Origin: Candidatus Multivorans sp.
Lineage (GTDB): Bacteria > Acidobacteriota > Thermoanaerobaculia > Multivoradales > Multivoraceae
Assembly: GCA_965224025.1 (NCBI GenBank)
Contig: OZ245033.1
Coordinates: forward strand, 1,824,001-1,888,000
DNA length: 64,000 nt
Direction of reading: 5' to 3'
The notes beneath the pieces are model-generated. The model was not told the DNA's origin. It saw nothing but the letters and a program-made list of their open reading frames with translations, and did no database searches. This document shows, piece after piece, positions 19,795 to 29,745 of this stretch. Positions within the stretch are counted from its first letter, which is position 1. Every line of letters begins with the position of its first letter. The translations under genes were made by a program, and so were the position numbers.

Positions 19795-20171
19795 TCCTCG
19801 CGTACATAGACACGTCGATACTCGCCGCCATTGCGTTCGGCGAGTCCGGGAGCAGTGAACTCCGCCAACGGCTGGACGACTTCGAACGGCTCGTTTCATC
19901 CAACCTGCTCCAAGCAGAATTGCGGGCGAGTCTCGCCCGCGAGCGGTTGGACTTTCAGCCGAGTTTCCTGGTCGGCGTACAGTGGGTTCTCCCTCGTCGC
20001 CCCTTGACGGCAGAGATTGAGGCAGTGCTCGCTGCCGGCTATCTGCGGGGTACCGACCTCTGGCATGTGGCCACTGCCATGTCGGTGCGCGGAGAGCCCA
20101 GGGAGATGACGTTTCTGACCAGCGACAAACGACAGCGCGCGGTCGCCCAAACTCTAGGCTTTCGGGTGTGA
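19791..20171 (+). CDS. vapC: PIN-domain VapC toxin
   Basis: AYIDTSIL, ELRA, LRGTDLWHVATA, FLTSDKRQ. Confidence 0.88.
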   Translation: MILAYIDTSILAAIAFGESGSSELRQRLDDFERLVSSNLLQAELRASLARERLDFQPSFLVGVQWVLPRRPLTAEIEAVLAAGYLRGTDLWHVATAMSVRGEPREMTFLTSDKRQRAVAQTLGFRV

Positions 20172-20212
20172 AAGGACGGGCGGCACCCGCCCTTGCTACC
20201 CTTCGCGCTCCC

Positions 20213-21202
20213 ATGAACGACCAAATCGCCGAGAAGATCCTGGACGGGCTCTACCGGGTCGTCGTGCCGTTGCCGCGGAACCCGCTCAAGGAAGTGAACT
20301 GCTACGTCCTGGCCGAGGACGACCGGTGGCTCGTCATCGACACGGGCATGAACCGGCCCGAGTGCCGGGAAGTCCTCACCGCCGGGCTCGACGAGATCGG
20401 CGTGGACCTCGAGAAGACCGACTTCCTGGCCACTCACCTGCACGCGGATCACCACGGCCTGATCCCGGAACTTCTGCGGCCAGGGCGCACCGCATCGATG
20501 GGGGCCATCGACGCCGCCTCGATGGGCCGGGCCCACGGCGGCTGGTCCGAGAACAGCCCGATGGGCGTGTACCTCAGACGCAGCGGTTTCCCGCCCGAGG
20601 AGTTGGCCGAGTCCTTCCGGCGCCACCCCGGCGCGCGCTTCAGCGGGCAGATGATCGAGTACGCGCCGCTCCATGAAGGCGACGCGATCGAGATCGCCGG
20701 CTACCGCCTTGAGGTCATCGACACGCCGGGCCACACCTTCGGCCACATCTCGCTCTACGACAGGGCGAAGCGCCTCTTCATCGCCGGCGACCACATCCTG
20801 GGCGACATCACGCCCAACATCCAGGCCTGGGCCGACGACCACGACCCCCTGGGGCTCTACCTGGCCAGCATCGCCAAGGTCGACGTCCTCGACGTCGACC
20901 TGTGCCTACCGGGCCACCGAAGCCTGATCCACGACTTCCAGGGCCGTTGCCGCGAACTGCGGGAGCACCACGAGGTCCGCGGCCAGGAGGTCCTCGACAT
21001 CCTGCGCGCGAACGGCGGCCGCAACGCCTACCAGACGGCCAGCGAAATGACCTGGGACATCCGCGCCAGGTCCTGGGACGACTTCCCGATCATGCAGCGC
21101 TGGTTCGCCACAGGCGAAGCGATCGCGCACCTGCGGTGGCTGGAGGATCTGGGAGAGCTGAGGCGGGAAGACGACGGCGAGCGGATTCTGTACGGCGCTT
21201 GA
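20213..21202 (+). CDS. MBL-fold metallo-hydrolase
   Basis: THLHADHHG, TPGHTFGH, AGDHIL, PGH motifs. Confidence 0.9.
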   Translation: MNDQIAEKILDGLYRVVVPLPRNPLKEVNCYVLAEDDRWLVIDTGMNRPECREVLTAGLDEIGVDLEKTDFLATHLHADHHGLIPELLRPGRTASMGAIDAASMGRAHGGWSENSPMGVYLRRSGFPPEELAESFRRHPGARFSGQMIEYAPLHEGDAIEIAGYRLEVIDTPGHTFGHISLYDRAKRLFIAGDHILGDITPNIQAWADDHDPLGLYLASIAKVDVLDVDLCLPGHRSLIHDFQGRCRELREHHEVRGQEVLDILRANGGRNAYQTASEMTWDIRARSWDDFPIMQRWFATGEAIAHLRWLEDLGELRREDDGERILYGA

Positions 21203-22025
21203 GAGGGAGCGTGAGGTACCGGAGACATGACATCGGACCGAATCAGAATGTGGGCCATTGGCGAATCGGCGGACAAGGTGGTGCCCATCGAACCGAAGAA
21301 AGAGACAGAGACCGAGATGCTGCTGGAAGACATCTTGGTCAAGCGTCCCGACATGCTGGCGCGCGACTTGAGCCTCGTCGGCCGACAAACCACCACTGAC
21401 GCCGGGTATCCCGATCTTCTCGGTATCGACGGTAGCGGCCGTCTTGTCGTCTTCGAGTTGAAGCGCGGCACCTTCACGCGTGAAGCGGTCGCACAGGTGC
21501 TGGACTACGGCTCCTCGCTGGGATGCACTAGGCAATGAGGATCTCGCAAACCTCATCGCCAGCCAATCCGGTGGGGAGGGGATCGAGAACTTCGAGAATC
21601 GCGAGGCTTTCGACGAATGGTACAGCGAACACAAGGCCGATTCGCTGGACAACCTGCGGCCCTTGAGGATGGTCCTGGTGGGCTTGGGCGCCGACGAGAG
21701 AGCAAGCCGCATCGTCAAGTTCCTGCAGTGCGGCCTCGACATCTCGCTCCTGACCTTTCACGGCTTCAGTCACGACGGCGGGACAGTACTAGCGAGGCAG
21801 TTTGAAGCCGGAGAGCCTGCCGAACATCAAAGGCGTCTCGACGACACCCGAGACCCGCGAAACTACGAGAATCTCTCGCGATCCCTCGCCAATCTGGCCA
21901 AGGATCTGGGCCTCGCCGATCTCTGGGCAGAAGCCATCGACGCCTTGAACACTGAGGACGACATGTACCCAAAGAGATCCGGCCTCACGTTTCGCAGCCT
22001 CAGGCCGCTAACGATGCCGGACCTA

Positions 22026-23244
22026 GTGTCGTGTCACTCGTCAAAAGTCGGATAGAGGCGTTTGAGCCTGACACGTGCGTCGTCGGTAGTGAAGTGCCAG
22101 TTGACCTTGGCTCGGATCCGGTCTCTGGCGGCCTCCCAGGCGGCGACTTCGGCGCGCAGTGTGTCGATGGAGTCGATGCGGCGGTTGAGGCACTGGCGGA
22201 TCATCACGCTGAGTTCGACCTCGGCGACGTTGAGCCAACTGCCGTGCTTGGGGGTGTAGACGAACTCGAAGCGGTCCCACAGCGCCTTGGCCCGGGCCGG
22301 GTCGAAGGTTTCGTAGAGCGCGCCGGGACGGTGCGTGTTGAGGTTGTCCATCACGAGCGTGATTCGGGCGGCCTCGGGATGCTGTCCGGCGATGTCTTCC
22401 AGGAAACGCGCCCAGTCGGTCTTGGTCCTGCGCTCGGTGACCTTGGTCAGACGCCGCCCGGCCAGCGGTTCGGTCGCCATGAACACGTTGCAGGTGCCGC
22501 AGCGTCGGTACTCGTAGTCTTCGCGGACCTCCCGTCCAGGGGCCGGCGGGATGGGAGCGCGTGTTTCGGCGATCAACTGCCGCGGCGTTTCGTCCATGCA
22601 TACCACCGGGAAGTGTGCGTCGTACGGACGCCGATAGACGTCGAGCACTCGCTCCATGCCTGCCGCGAAGTCGGCGTTGCATTGCGGCGGAATCACCCAG
22701 CCGACGCGGCGCCACGGTTTGAGAGCGTTCTCTTTAGCACCCGTCGCACCGTTTCGTGCGAGACGCTGTCGATATAGCCGAGCTCCACCGCACGGTCCGC
22801 CAACAGACGCAGCGACCACTGCGAACGTCCTTCGGGCGGGTCGCCGCAACTGAGCGCGACCAGCCGCGCCTCGAACTCGCCATCCGCCTTGCGCAGATAC
22901 TTGGGACGACGCCCCTGCCGATTCCCGAGCGCTGCCTCGAGACCGTCCTCCACGAACCGCTTCTTCACCCGATCCACCCTGCGCGCACTGATCCGCAAGA
23001 CGCCGGCGATCGTCTCGCCGGTCGTCCGAGGCCCGTCGAGCTTGCCCTCGTCGCAGTTGAGCAGAATCAGGGCGTTGACTACCTTCTGCGACCGATGCGA
23101 ACCCTTGCGCGTGATCGACGCCAACTCCTCGCGCTCCTGCACCTCCAATTCCACCACGTACCGCTTCATGCCAGCCTCCTTGCCGTCCTTGAACGGCAAC
23201 GAGCCTACTACAATTCATACGACATAGGACATGTGACATGACAC
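22026..23244 (-). mobile_element. IS630-family insertion sequence (1219 bp)
   Basis: Terminal IRs GTGTCGTGTCAC / GTGACATGACAC; TA duplication (22024-22025, 23245-23246) in a CTAG target. Confidence 0.92.
22034..23169 (-). CDS. IS630 transposase in two frames (probable -1 frameshift at ~22733)
   Basis: HTH ORF (WSLRLLA...SHETVRRVLK) and DDE ORF (LKPW, MDE, DYEYRRCGT, MDNLNTH, TPKHGSWLNVAE). Confidence 0.9.
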
Positions 23245-23689
23245 TAGTCGGTTACCGCACGGTGCGCGCGTCCCATTCCGTGGACCTTGACCCAAGCGCC
23301 AGAATCAGGGTCACGTTCTTCCCGACAGCCATCCATCTCTGCCTCGACAACTTCAAGGAGGCCGAGAGTACCATTCCTTTCAAGCGCGAACCCCCACCCA
23401 ACGCACCCATCACGGAACGGGTTCAAGAACAACGGTACTGCTTGTTGGACGCTGATCAGTGGGAAGCGCACGAAGCAGCGCTCTGCCGCCTGGCGAGAGA
23501 CGTGGCCAGCACTTGGGAAAACGAGCTGAACAAGGGAGCCGCTGGCGGCTGACCCTGGTCAATATCCTGTCGGTTGCATGTCGAAGCGTGCGGGACTACT
23601 CTGAGCCGAAAGGCACCACGGTCGCACTAAGATCGAGCAACGGAAGAACCCCTCCTGCATAGGCCGACACCAGAATCAGAGAAGGAGTC

Positions 23690-23938
23690 ATGAACATGGC
23701 GAAGACAGCGCAGAAGCTCTACGACGCGCGTCAAGCTACGCAGCAGTTGAAAGTGACGAGGCGAGGCACGTGGTACTCCATCTACCTCCCAAACGGGGAC
23801 GACGCCTACGTCTCCAATCACGAGGATGGTGCGACTGAAAGGGTGCGGGGCAAAGATGCACTAAAGGAGCGACTGTTGGACCTCGGCTACGAGCCTGAAC
23901 CGCTCTTCGGGTACTACAGCCCCGCCACGCAAGACTAG
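23690..23938 (+). CDS. Small hypothetical protein
   Basis: 82-aa ORF with strong GAAGGAG RBS; stop codon coincides with the IS1634 end. Confidence 0.55.
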   Translation: MNMAKTAQKLYDARQATQQLKVTRRGTWYSIYLPNGDDAYVSNHEDGATERVRGKDALKERLLDLGYEPEPLFGYYSPATQD

Positions 23939-25260
23939 ACCGAAGTTCTGAGCGTCAGACCGTGAAATCGCCTGTACTGGTGGGCGTTTTCTGTAATCGG
24001 GTTATGTCGGCTACTGGGTACGCCTGGTTTCAGGGTCGGACGCGGAGGAGCCTGAAGGCTTCGTTCTGGAGTGGAGTGGGCCTTGCGAGGACATCGGCGT
24101 TGTGGTCGTCCTTGCCGTGCATGCGCACGCGGTTTCGGGTCAGCGTGGCCAGGTCGGCGAGCAGGGTCTGGAAGCTGTGGACGGTGAGCCCTTGCGGGGT
24201 TTTCCGGGAGTTGGCCTTGGCCAGTGCGGCGGTCGACCTGCGCGCGGGATCGACGGGCGACTCGCGTTGGCCGTCGCGGCGTTGGTCGTCGAAGAGGAGG
24301 GGCGCCAGGGTCCGGCGCATGTGCCACTCGACGTAGTAGGCGAGCATGCAGAGGAAGACATGGGCGCGCACCCTCGAGGCCGGGCGATGGTGGACGGGGC
24401 GCACTTTGAGGTCGACGCTCTTGTAGGAGCGGAAGGCGCGTTCGACGCGGCTGAGGCTCTTGTAGGCGCGGACCGCATCGGCTGCCGGCAGTTCGTCTTC
24501 GGGGACGTTGGTGCGGATGACGTAGAAGCCGTCGAGAGCGGCTTCCTCGGCGATGCGCGCCTCGTTGCGGCGGTATTGGAAGCCGTCCTCTTCGATCTCG
24601 ACCTCGAAGTGCTTGCCGACCTTGTAGGCGCCCCGGGCGCGGTCCGCGCGCACGGCGATGGCGTCCTTGCCGCGCAGGGGGTTCTTCTTGCGCCGCGTCG
24701 CCGCAACGACGGCGTCGAGCTTGCGCTCGGTGGCTTCGAGAAGCTCCTGGCGCTTGCGGCCGCGTTCCTCCGCCAGAAGCGGGTTCCGGCACACCACGAG
24801 GCGCTCCTTCGGGTACAGCTCCGGGACCCTGATCTCGGCCATCTTCCGCTCATCGAAGAGCGACAGTTGCAGGTGGCCTTCCTGGGCCAGCGTCCTGATC
24901 GCCGGCGCGCGCAGGGCGCTGATCCAGGACAGGCCCGCGGGGTCGAAGTCCTCGCGGATGCGCGCGTTGGTGATCAGGCGCCGGTCTCCGACGATCACGA
25001 CCTGGTCGAGCGAGAAGCGGTCGCGGAGCTTCTGCACCTGGGCGCTCAGGGTCTTCGGATCGGCGGTGTTGCCCTCGAATACTTCGACCGCGACCGGGCA
25101 TCCATCCCGGTTGCAGAGCAGGCCGAAGACGATCTGGAGCTTGCCTCGCTCCCTGGAGTAGCCGTGCCTGGCCAGCGGGCACTCTCTGCCCTCGAAGTAG
25201 ACCGAGGTCACGTCGCAGAGCACCAGCGAGCCGTTTTCCAGATGCCGCCGGGCGAGACCC
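23935..25260 (-). mobile_element. IS1634-family element, 5'-truncated
   Basis: Transposase motifs DVTSVYFEG, GYSR, VEVFEGNTAD, VERAFR, RVRAHVFLCMLAY (ORF 24030..25223); N-terminal part missing; terminus-like CTAGACCGAAGTTC. Confidence 0.85.
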
Positions 25261-25289
25261 TATGAAGCGCATGAAGGGTGCCGTGTTCA

Positions 25290-25639
25290 GGCACGTGCCC
25301 TTGATCGACACCGCAACACACGGGGCCAATACCTGGCTTGCTGACGACGACATCCACGTCCTTCGTCTTCAAGCCTCCCAGCACCGTCAGCTCGCCTCCC
25401 GCCGCGCTTTCCGGGTCGTGAACCAGAACATGGCCGCCACGCGAGCGGCGCACCGAGAACGGCGGTCGCGAAACGACGTCGTCCGGGTGAAAGCCGCCTT
25501 CAACTACGAGCCGGCAAGCGGTGTACCAGTGTAAGGGCCGGATGTGGGCTTGGCTCTGGGACTTCCCAGGCACGGAGACAAACGCGTCGAGAGCCTCGGA
25601 GAGACCGATCCAGCGACAACGGTTCGCCTGTCTAGTCAC
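25290..25639 (-). pseudogene. Type II restriction endonuclease-like gene fragment
   Basis: GTG overlaps the MTase stop; GGLKTKDVDVVV...GP[fs]CVAVSIKG (PD-(D/E)XK-like); frameshifted and truncated at IS1634. Confidence 0.6.
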
Positions 25640-26685
25640 GGTGCCGCCACCGGCGCAGCATGTCGACGCCTTCCAGCAGATCGCGCTCGATGCCAACCGG
25701 CAGATCGCCATCCAGTGACACGACCACTTTCGTCGCTTCCCGAGGCTCGAGCTTCAAGACGCCGCCACCAAGAGGGTGCCCCTCGATCTCGCAACTGAGA
25801 CTGGTCAGAGGGCTACTCCACTTCCGGCGCAAGCGAGATGCAGTAACGCCTCTGTCGTTCAGACGAACGCCGTGGACTGCGTTGGTGCAGGTGCATCGGG
25901 CCTGGTTCTCGACCAGGGCGGGCCCCTCTCCGCTCATGTAGGAGAGGAAGAGATCGGGAACGGACACATGGGGCACGGCGTACCAAGGGGTCCGAACGCG
26001 ACACTTGTACCGCTTCCGGACCTCGACTCCGCGAGGAGAATCCAGGTACCGGCTGACCGCATCGGGAAGCGGCGTCTCGGGGCCGAGCGCGAGCAGGAAG
26101 TTCGGCCGATCGTCCGTTCGCCAGGCTGCAACCGTCTCATCGGTAATCGCTCCGGCCTGGAGTTCCCGGCCGCTACGCACGGTGGAGCGGAACAGATCAC
26201 TCGGGATTTCCAGTTCCTCCGCTTCCGACGGACGGAGGTGAAAGAAGTCGTTGGCGCCGGAAACGTAGCCGATCCCGACATCGGCCACGCGCCCGAGCGC
26301 GGTGGTCAGCTCGGAATCTCTGAGGTCCTCGTAGGCGTCACGAATCCGGCTCGGCAAGAGCATCGGTCGGAGGCGCGAGCCCCAACGCCGCCACTCTCGA
26401 ACAGACACGCGGGTGTCCGCGATCGGCCCAGTCGAAGAAGTCCGCACACTCTACGGTTCCGCGCGGTGCCGCCTCCGTCGCATTGGAGACTGCCGTCGCG
26501 TCGCAATCGACACCGGTGCTGCGGGGGTGCAACGCGAGAAACCGGCCGTCGCCGCAGGACGGGTCGAGCATGTGCTCGTTCGGGTCCCGAACAGCCCACC
26601 GGACCAGCGCAGCGGCGGTCTCAGGTGGTGTGTAGTAGGCCCCTCGGGCCTTCTGGTCGGTTACTTGATGCTCGACCGCCACCAT
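25632..26685 (-). pseudogene. N6-adenine DNA methyltransferase (Eco57I/TaqI-like) with internal deletion
   Basis: GAYYTP and LDPSCGDGRF in the 5' part; IGYVSGANDFF, YKCRVRTPWY, EIEGHPLGGGVLKLEP in the 3' part; NPPY region missing; frame change ~26420. Confidence 0.8.
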
Positions 26686-26793
26686 CGCGGAGACACGCGG
26701 GCAATGGCCCCACGCGCGAGCCGCGAATACATCGTCGCGCGGCGCTCCGGGACGCCAAACCGCCGCCCGCCGAGGTGCGTCAAGTGGTGAGCG

Positions 26794-27359
26794 CTACTCA
26801 GCCTTGCCGAGCGTCCCCTCCACCGTCCACTCCAGCGACATGGACATGGACATGGACATCGAGGAGACACCGGCCGGCTGGCCCTCAACCTGCGGCAGCT
26901 CGATGACCATCTCGGTGTCCATCGTCATGTCCATGCCGTAGGCGACCGCCAGTCCCGTCGCTTCGTCAAGCTCGTACGCACCGCTTATCGAGCCGGACAG
27001 GCTCTCGAACTGCATCTCCATGCCAGGCACGGCGGGTAGGCCCGGAAGCCCGAATCCGGCGTCCTCCGTGCCGGACAGGGTACCCGCGGCTTCGATCGAC
27101 GCCCGGCCGTCGCTTCGTTCCGCCAGCGTGAACGTCGTGTCGAGATCCATGCCCTGCGCCGGCATCTGCATATGCGTCCGGGTCTCGGTCTTCGTCACGC
27201 CCTTGTCTCGGTCTTCGTCACGCCCTTGTATGGGACGCCGAGTTCCGGATCGAGCCAGTAGGTATGTTCCTGGCCGTAGCAGCCGGGCAGGAACAAGAGA
27301 ATCGCAAGCAGCCCCATCGCTGCGGGTGCGATGCGTCGAATCACGTTCAACTCCTTCAT
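26794..27359 (-). pseudogene. Lipoprotein gene frameshifted by a 23-bp tandem duplication
   Basis: LLFLPGC lipobox; KGVTKTET is encoded twice in different frames. Confidence 0.65.
27183..27228. repeat. Perfect 2 x 23-bp tandem repeat
   Basis: TCTCGGTCTTCGTCACGCCCTTG at 27183-27205 and 27206-27228. Confidence 0.9.
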
Positions 27360-27420
27360 GCGTTTGCTTGCAGGTCCAGGGCCTCCGGCCACCTTCCAGC
27401 GGGTCGGACTCAAGCCCCCC

Positions 27421-27681
27421 TCAGTCCAGCGGCGCAATCTTCCCGAGGTCCTCCGAGTTCTGGCCCCGCTTCCATGCCTGCCGTAACTCGCGGCGGCGCA
27501 GTGACGCCCACTCCAACACCAGGCCGAGTGCTCTCGGCGGGAGCCGGCCCTTGAACACCGTCGACTTCTCGATCCCCATCAGCGCAATGGCCCCGCCATA
27601 GCTGGCGTGGAAGTGGGCCGGGGGCGTGTCCCCCTCCTCCATCTCGATGACGATCCCGTAGAACCGGCTGACTTCACGCAT
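27421..27681 (-). CDS. DUF4160 domain protein
   Basis: SRFYGIVIEM...PPAHFHASY...LVLEWA...IAPLD. Confidence 0.85.
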   Translation of the reverse strand: MREVSRFYGIVIEMEEGDTPPAHFHASYGGAIALMGIEKSTVFKGRLPPRALGLVLEWASLRRRELRQAWKRGQNSEDLGKIAPLD

Positions 27682-27792
27682 TCGCGGGGCGGTTCCTCCG
27701 TCGGAACTATGGACCTGGAATCACCGACCCTACCAGCCGACGCCCGATGGCCTGCATCCGAAACGGGTGTACTGCTCCAGGAGTCGGGGCAC

Positions 27793-28344
27793 TCAGTCGG
27801 TCTGGTCCTCGGCAGGCGGTACTTCGCCGGCCTCCAACCGTAGTCCGGCAGTCGGCGTGACCTTGGTCTGAGCCGGGATGTCGCCCGTGACGACGCAGTT
27901 CACGCCGATGAACGCGTCGTCCCCGATCTCGATCCTGCCGATCAGAAGGCTGCCGGCGCCGACGAAGACGTTGTCGCCCAACTTCGGCATCTGGTCGAGC
28001 CGCTTGCCGGTCGGAGCGCCAATCGTCACCTGGTGGAGCAGGGTTCCGTTCCTGCCGATGCGAACCCCGTTGCCGATGACCAGACCGATACCGTGGCTGA
28101 TGAACAGCCCGGGCCCGATCCGGGCCGCCGGCGCGATGTCGACGCTGGTGAGGAACAACGACAGCCTTGCGAAGGCCGGCCCCAGCACCGGGACGCGGTG
28201 GCTCTTGAACCAGTGGGCAAGACGGTAGAGAACGACCGCCTGGTAGCCGTTCTCGAACAGCAGCGACTCGATCACGTAGAAGGGGAACGGCTTGGTCTTG
28301 ATCTCGCGCAGCCGTCGCGTGTCCTCACGCAGGTTCTTCAGCAC
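27793..28344 (-). CDS. Serine O-acetyltransferase-like hexapeptide-repeat acyltransferase
   Basis: YRLAHW, IGPGLFISHG, LHQVTIG, LGDNVFVGAG; GTG start inside the duplicated 35-mer. Confidence 0.85.
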   Translation of the reverse strand: MLKNLREDTRRLREIKTKPFPFYVIESLLFENGYQAVVLYRLAHWFKSHRVPVLGPAFARLSLFLTSVDIAPAARIGPGLFISHGIGLVIGNGVRIGRNGTLLHQVTIGAPTGKRLDQMPKLGDNVFVGAGSLLIGRIEIGDDAFIGVNCVVTGDIPAQTKVTPTAGLRLEAGEVPPAEDQTD

Positions 28345-28422
28345 GGGGAGTCGGCCTTTCCGCGTTGAACGGTGAGGAGACACGAGAGCGTCCACCAGGG
28401 CCGACGTGTCAAGGTGAATCAT
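28345..28422 (-). pseudogene. PIN toxin N-terminal remnant
   Basis: MIHLDTSALVDAL overlaps the antitoxin stop and reads in frame into the acetyltransferase. Confidence 0.65.
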
Positions 28423-28703
28423 CGCCGATCGAACTCGCGGTCCCAGCCGACACGGCGGGATTCGCGGATCTCACGCAACTCAGCGTCGACCGCATTCGCC
28501 GAGCCCGCCAGCTGCTCACGGCGCAATCGGCCGAGCACTTCCAGCATGCTGAGTCGCTCGACTTCGGTCAGCCTGTCGCATCGGGCCGCATAGTCGGCGA
28601 TCGCCTCGCGAACGATCTGGCTTTGAGGTTTGCCGAGCCGCTCCGCCGTTCGCCGAAGGCGCCGGACGGTAGCTTCGTCGAGCGAGTACGTCGCGCGCAC
28701 CAT
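28419..28703 (-). CDS. CopG/RHH-family antitoxin
   Basis: RATYSLDEATVRRLRRTAERLGKPQSQIVREAIADY. Confidence 0.85.
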   Translation of the reverse strand: MVRATYSLDEATVRRLRRTAERLGKPQSQIVREAIADYAARCDRLTEVERLSMLEVLGRLRREQLAGSANAVDAELREIRESRRVGWDREFDRR

Positions 28704-28768
28704 AAGGTGGCAATACTGTCATAACGAGCTCGAACCCTCCAGCCGTCGCGTGTCCTCCCGCAGGTTCT

Positions 28769-29704
28769 TCAGCATGCCCGGACACCCTCGTCGATCCGCG
28801 GCGGCGGCGCCATCGGCGCCTTCAAGCCCTCGATCACGCCGCGCAGCTTGGCGATCACGGCACCCTGGTTGCCGCGGACGAGTTCGCGAAAGAAGGCCAG
28901 GAAGAGACCCGCCGAGAGGAATAGCAGGAACGAGCACCACTGCGCCGGACCGCCATAGCGGCGAACGAACAGCGCCGCGCTGCGGCCGTTGAAGAACGTC
29001 CGCGACGCCCGGTAGCCTCCGACCGTACGCGCCACCATGTGGTAGAGGACCGCCCGGTGCGCGTAGAAGCAGCGGTAGCCGCGCGCCTTCATCCGCATGC
29101 ACCAGTCCGCGTCGTCGAGCGCGAGGTGGAACAGCGGATCCCAGAGACCGATCTCCTCGACGACGCTCCGGCGCACCAGCATCGCGCAGCCGTTCACGTA
29201 GGGCACTTCCTCGTCGCGGTCGTACTGCCCGCGGTCGACCTCGCCCTCGCCCCGCTCCCGGGTCATCGACTCCCGGAAGCGGATGCGGCCGCCAGTGGAC
29301 CAGAGACGGTCACGCTCCCCGTGGTAGAAGATCTTCGGCCCCACGCAGCCGATGGCAGGATCCGCTCCGGCGACGGCGACGAGTTCGTCGAGGAAGTCCG
29401 GCTCGACCTCGATGTCGTTGTTCAGCAGGAGCAGGTAGTCGACGCCGCGGCTGACCGCGAGTTCGATCCCCTGGTTCATGCCGTGGACGACGCCCCGGTT
29501 CTCCTCGACCCGGATCTGGGTGACGCCCGGATGCGCGGCGGCGACCGCCTCGGACGAGCCGTCGCTGGAGCCGTTGTCGATGTGGATCAACTCGCAGGCG
29601 GGATAAGTCATCGCCTCCAGGCTGGCCAACGCCTGCAGCGTGATGTCCCGCCCGTTGTAGTTCAGAACGATGGCGGCGACCCTCGGTACACGTCCGGAAC
29701 CCAC
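28769..29704 (-). CDS. Glycosyltransferase family 2
   Basis: IVLNYNG, IDNGSSDGS, LLLNND, NGCAML, DDADWC. Confidence 0.9.
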   Translation of the reverse strand: MGSGRVPRVAAIVLNYNGRDITLQALASLEAMTYPACELIHIDNGSSDGSSEAVAAAHPGVTQIRVEENRGVVHGMNQGIELAVSRGVDYLLLLNNDIEVEPDFLDELVAVAGADPAIGCVGPKIFYHGERDRLWSTGGRIRFRESMTRERGEGEVDRGQYDRDEEVPYVNGCAMLVRRSVVEEIGLWDPLFHLALDDADWCMRMKARGYRCFYAHRAVLYHMVARTVGGYRASRTFFNGRSAALFVRRYGGPAQWCSFLLFLSAGLFLAFFRELVRGNQGAVIAKLRGVIEGLKAPMAPPPRIDEGVRAC

Positions 29705-29745
29705 GAATGGAGCGTAACGCAGCGGTCGCCGGTAGCATCCGCGTC

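Larger units (their letters stand above)
21227..23552 (+). pseudogene. NucS/DUF91-like PD-(D/E)XK endonuclease gene, frameshifted (~21520) and split by IS630
   Basis: LEDIL...GRQ...PDLLGID...VFELKRG...AVAQVLDY; removing the IS and one TA restores MPDL-VGYRTVRASH in frame. Confidence 0.8.
28309..28774 (-). mobile_element. 431-bp TA cassette bracketed by a 35-bp direct repeat
   Basis: CAGCCGTCGCGTGTCCTC(A/C)CGCAGGTTCTTCAGCA at 28309-28343 and 28740-28774, one mismatch. Confidence 0.7.

Noticed and set aside
26837-26860. GACATG tandem hexamers
   Set aside because: Low-complexity coding sequence (SMSMSM) in the lipoprotein gene.
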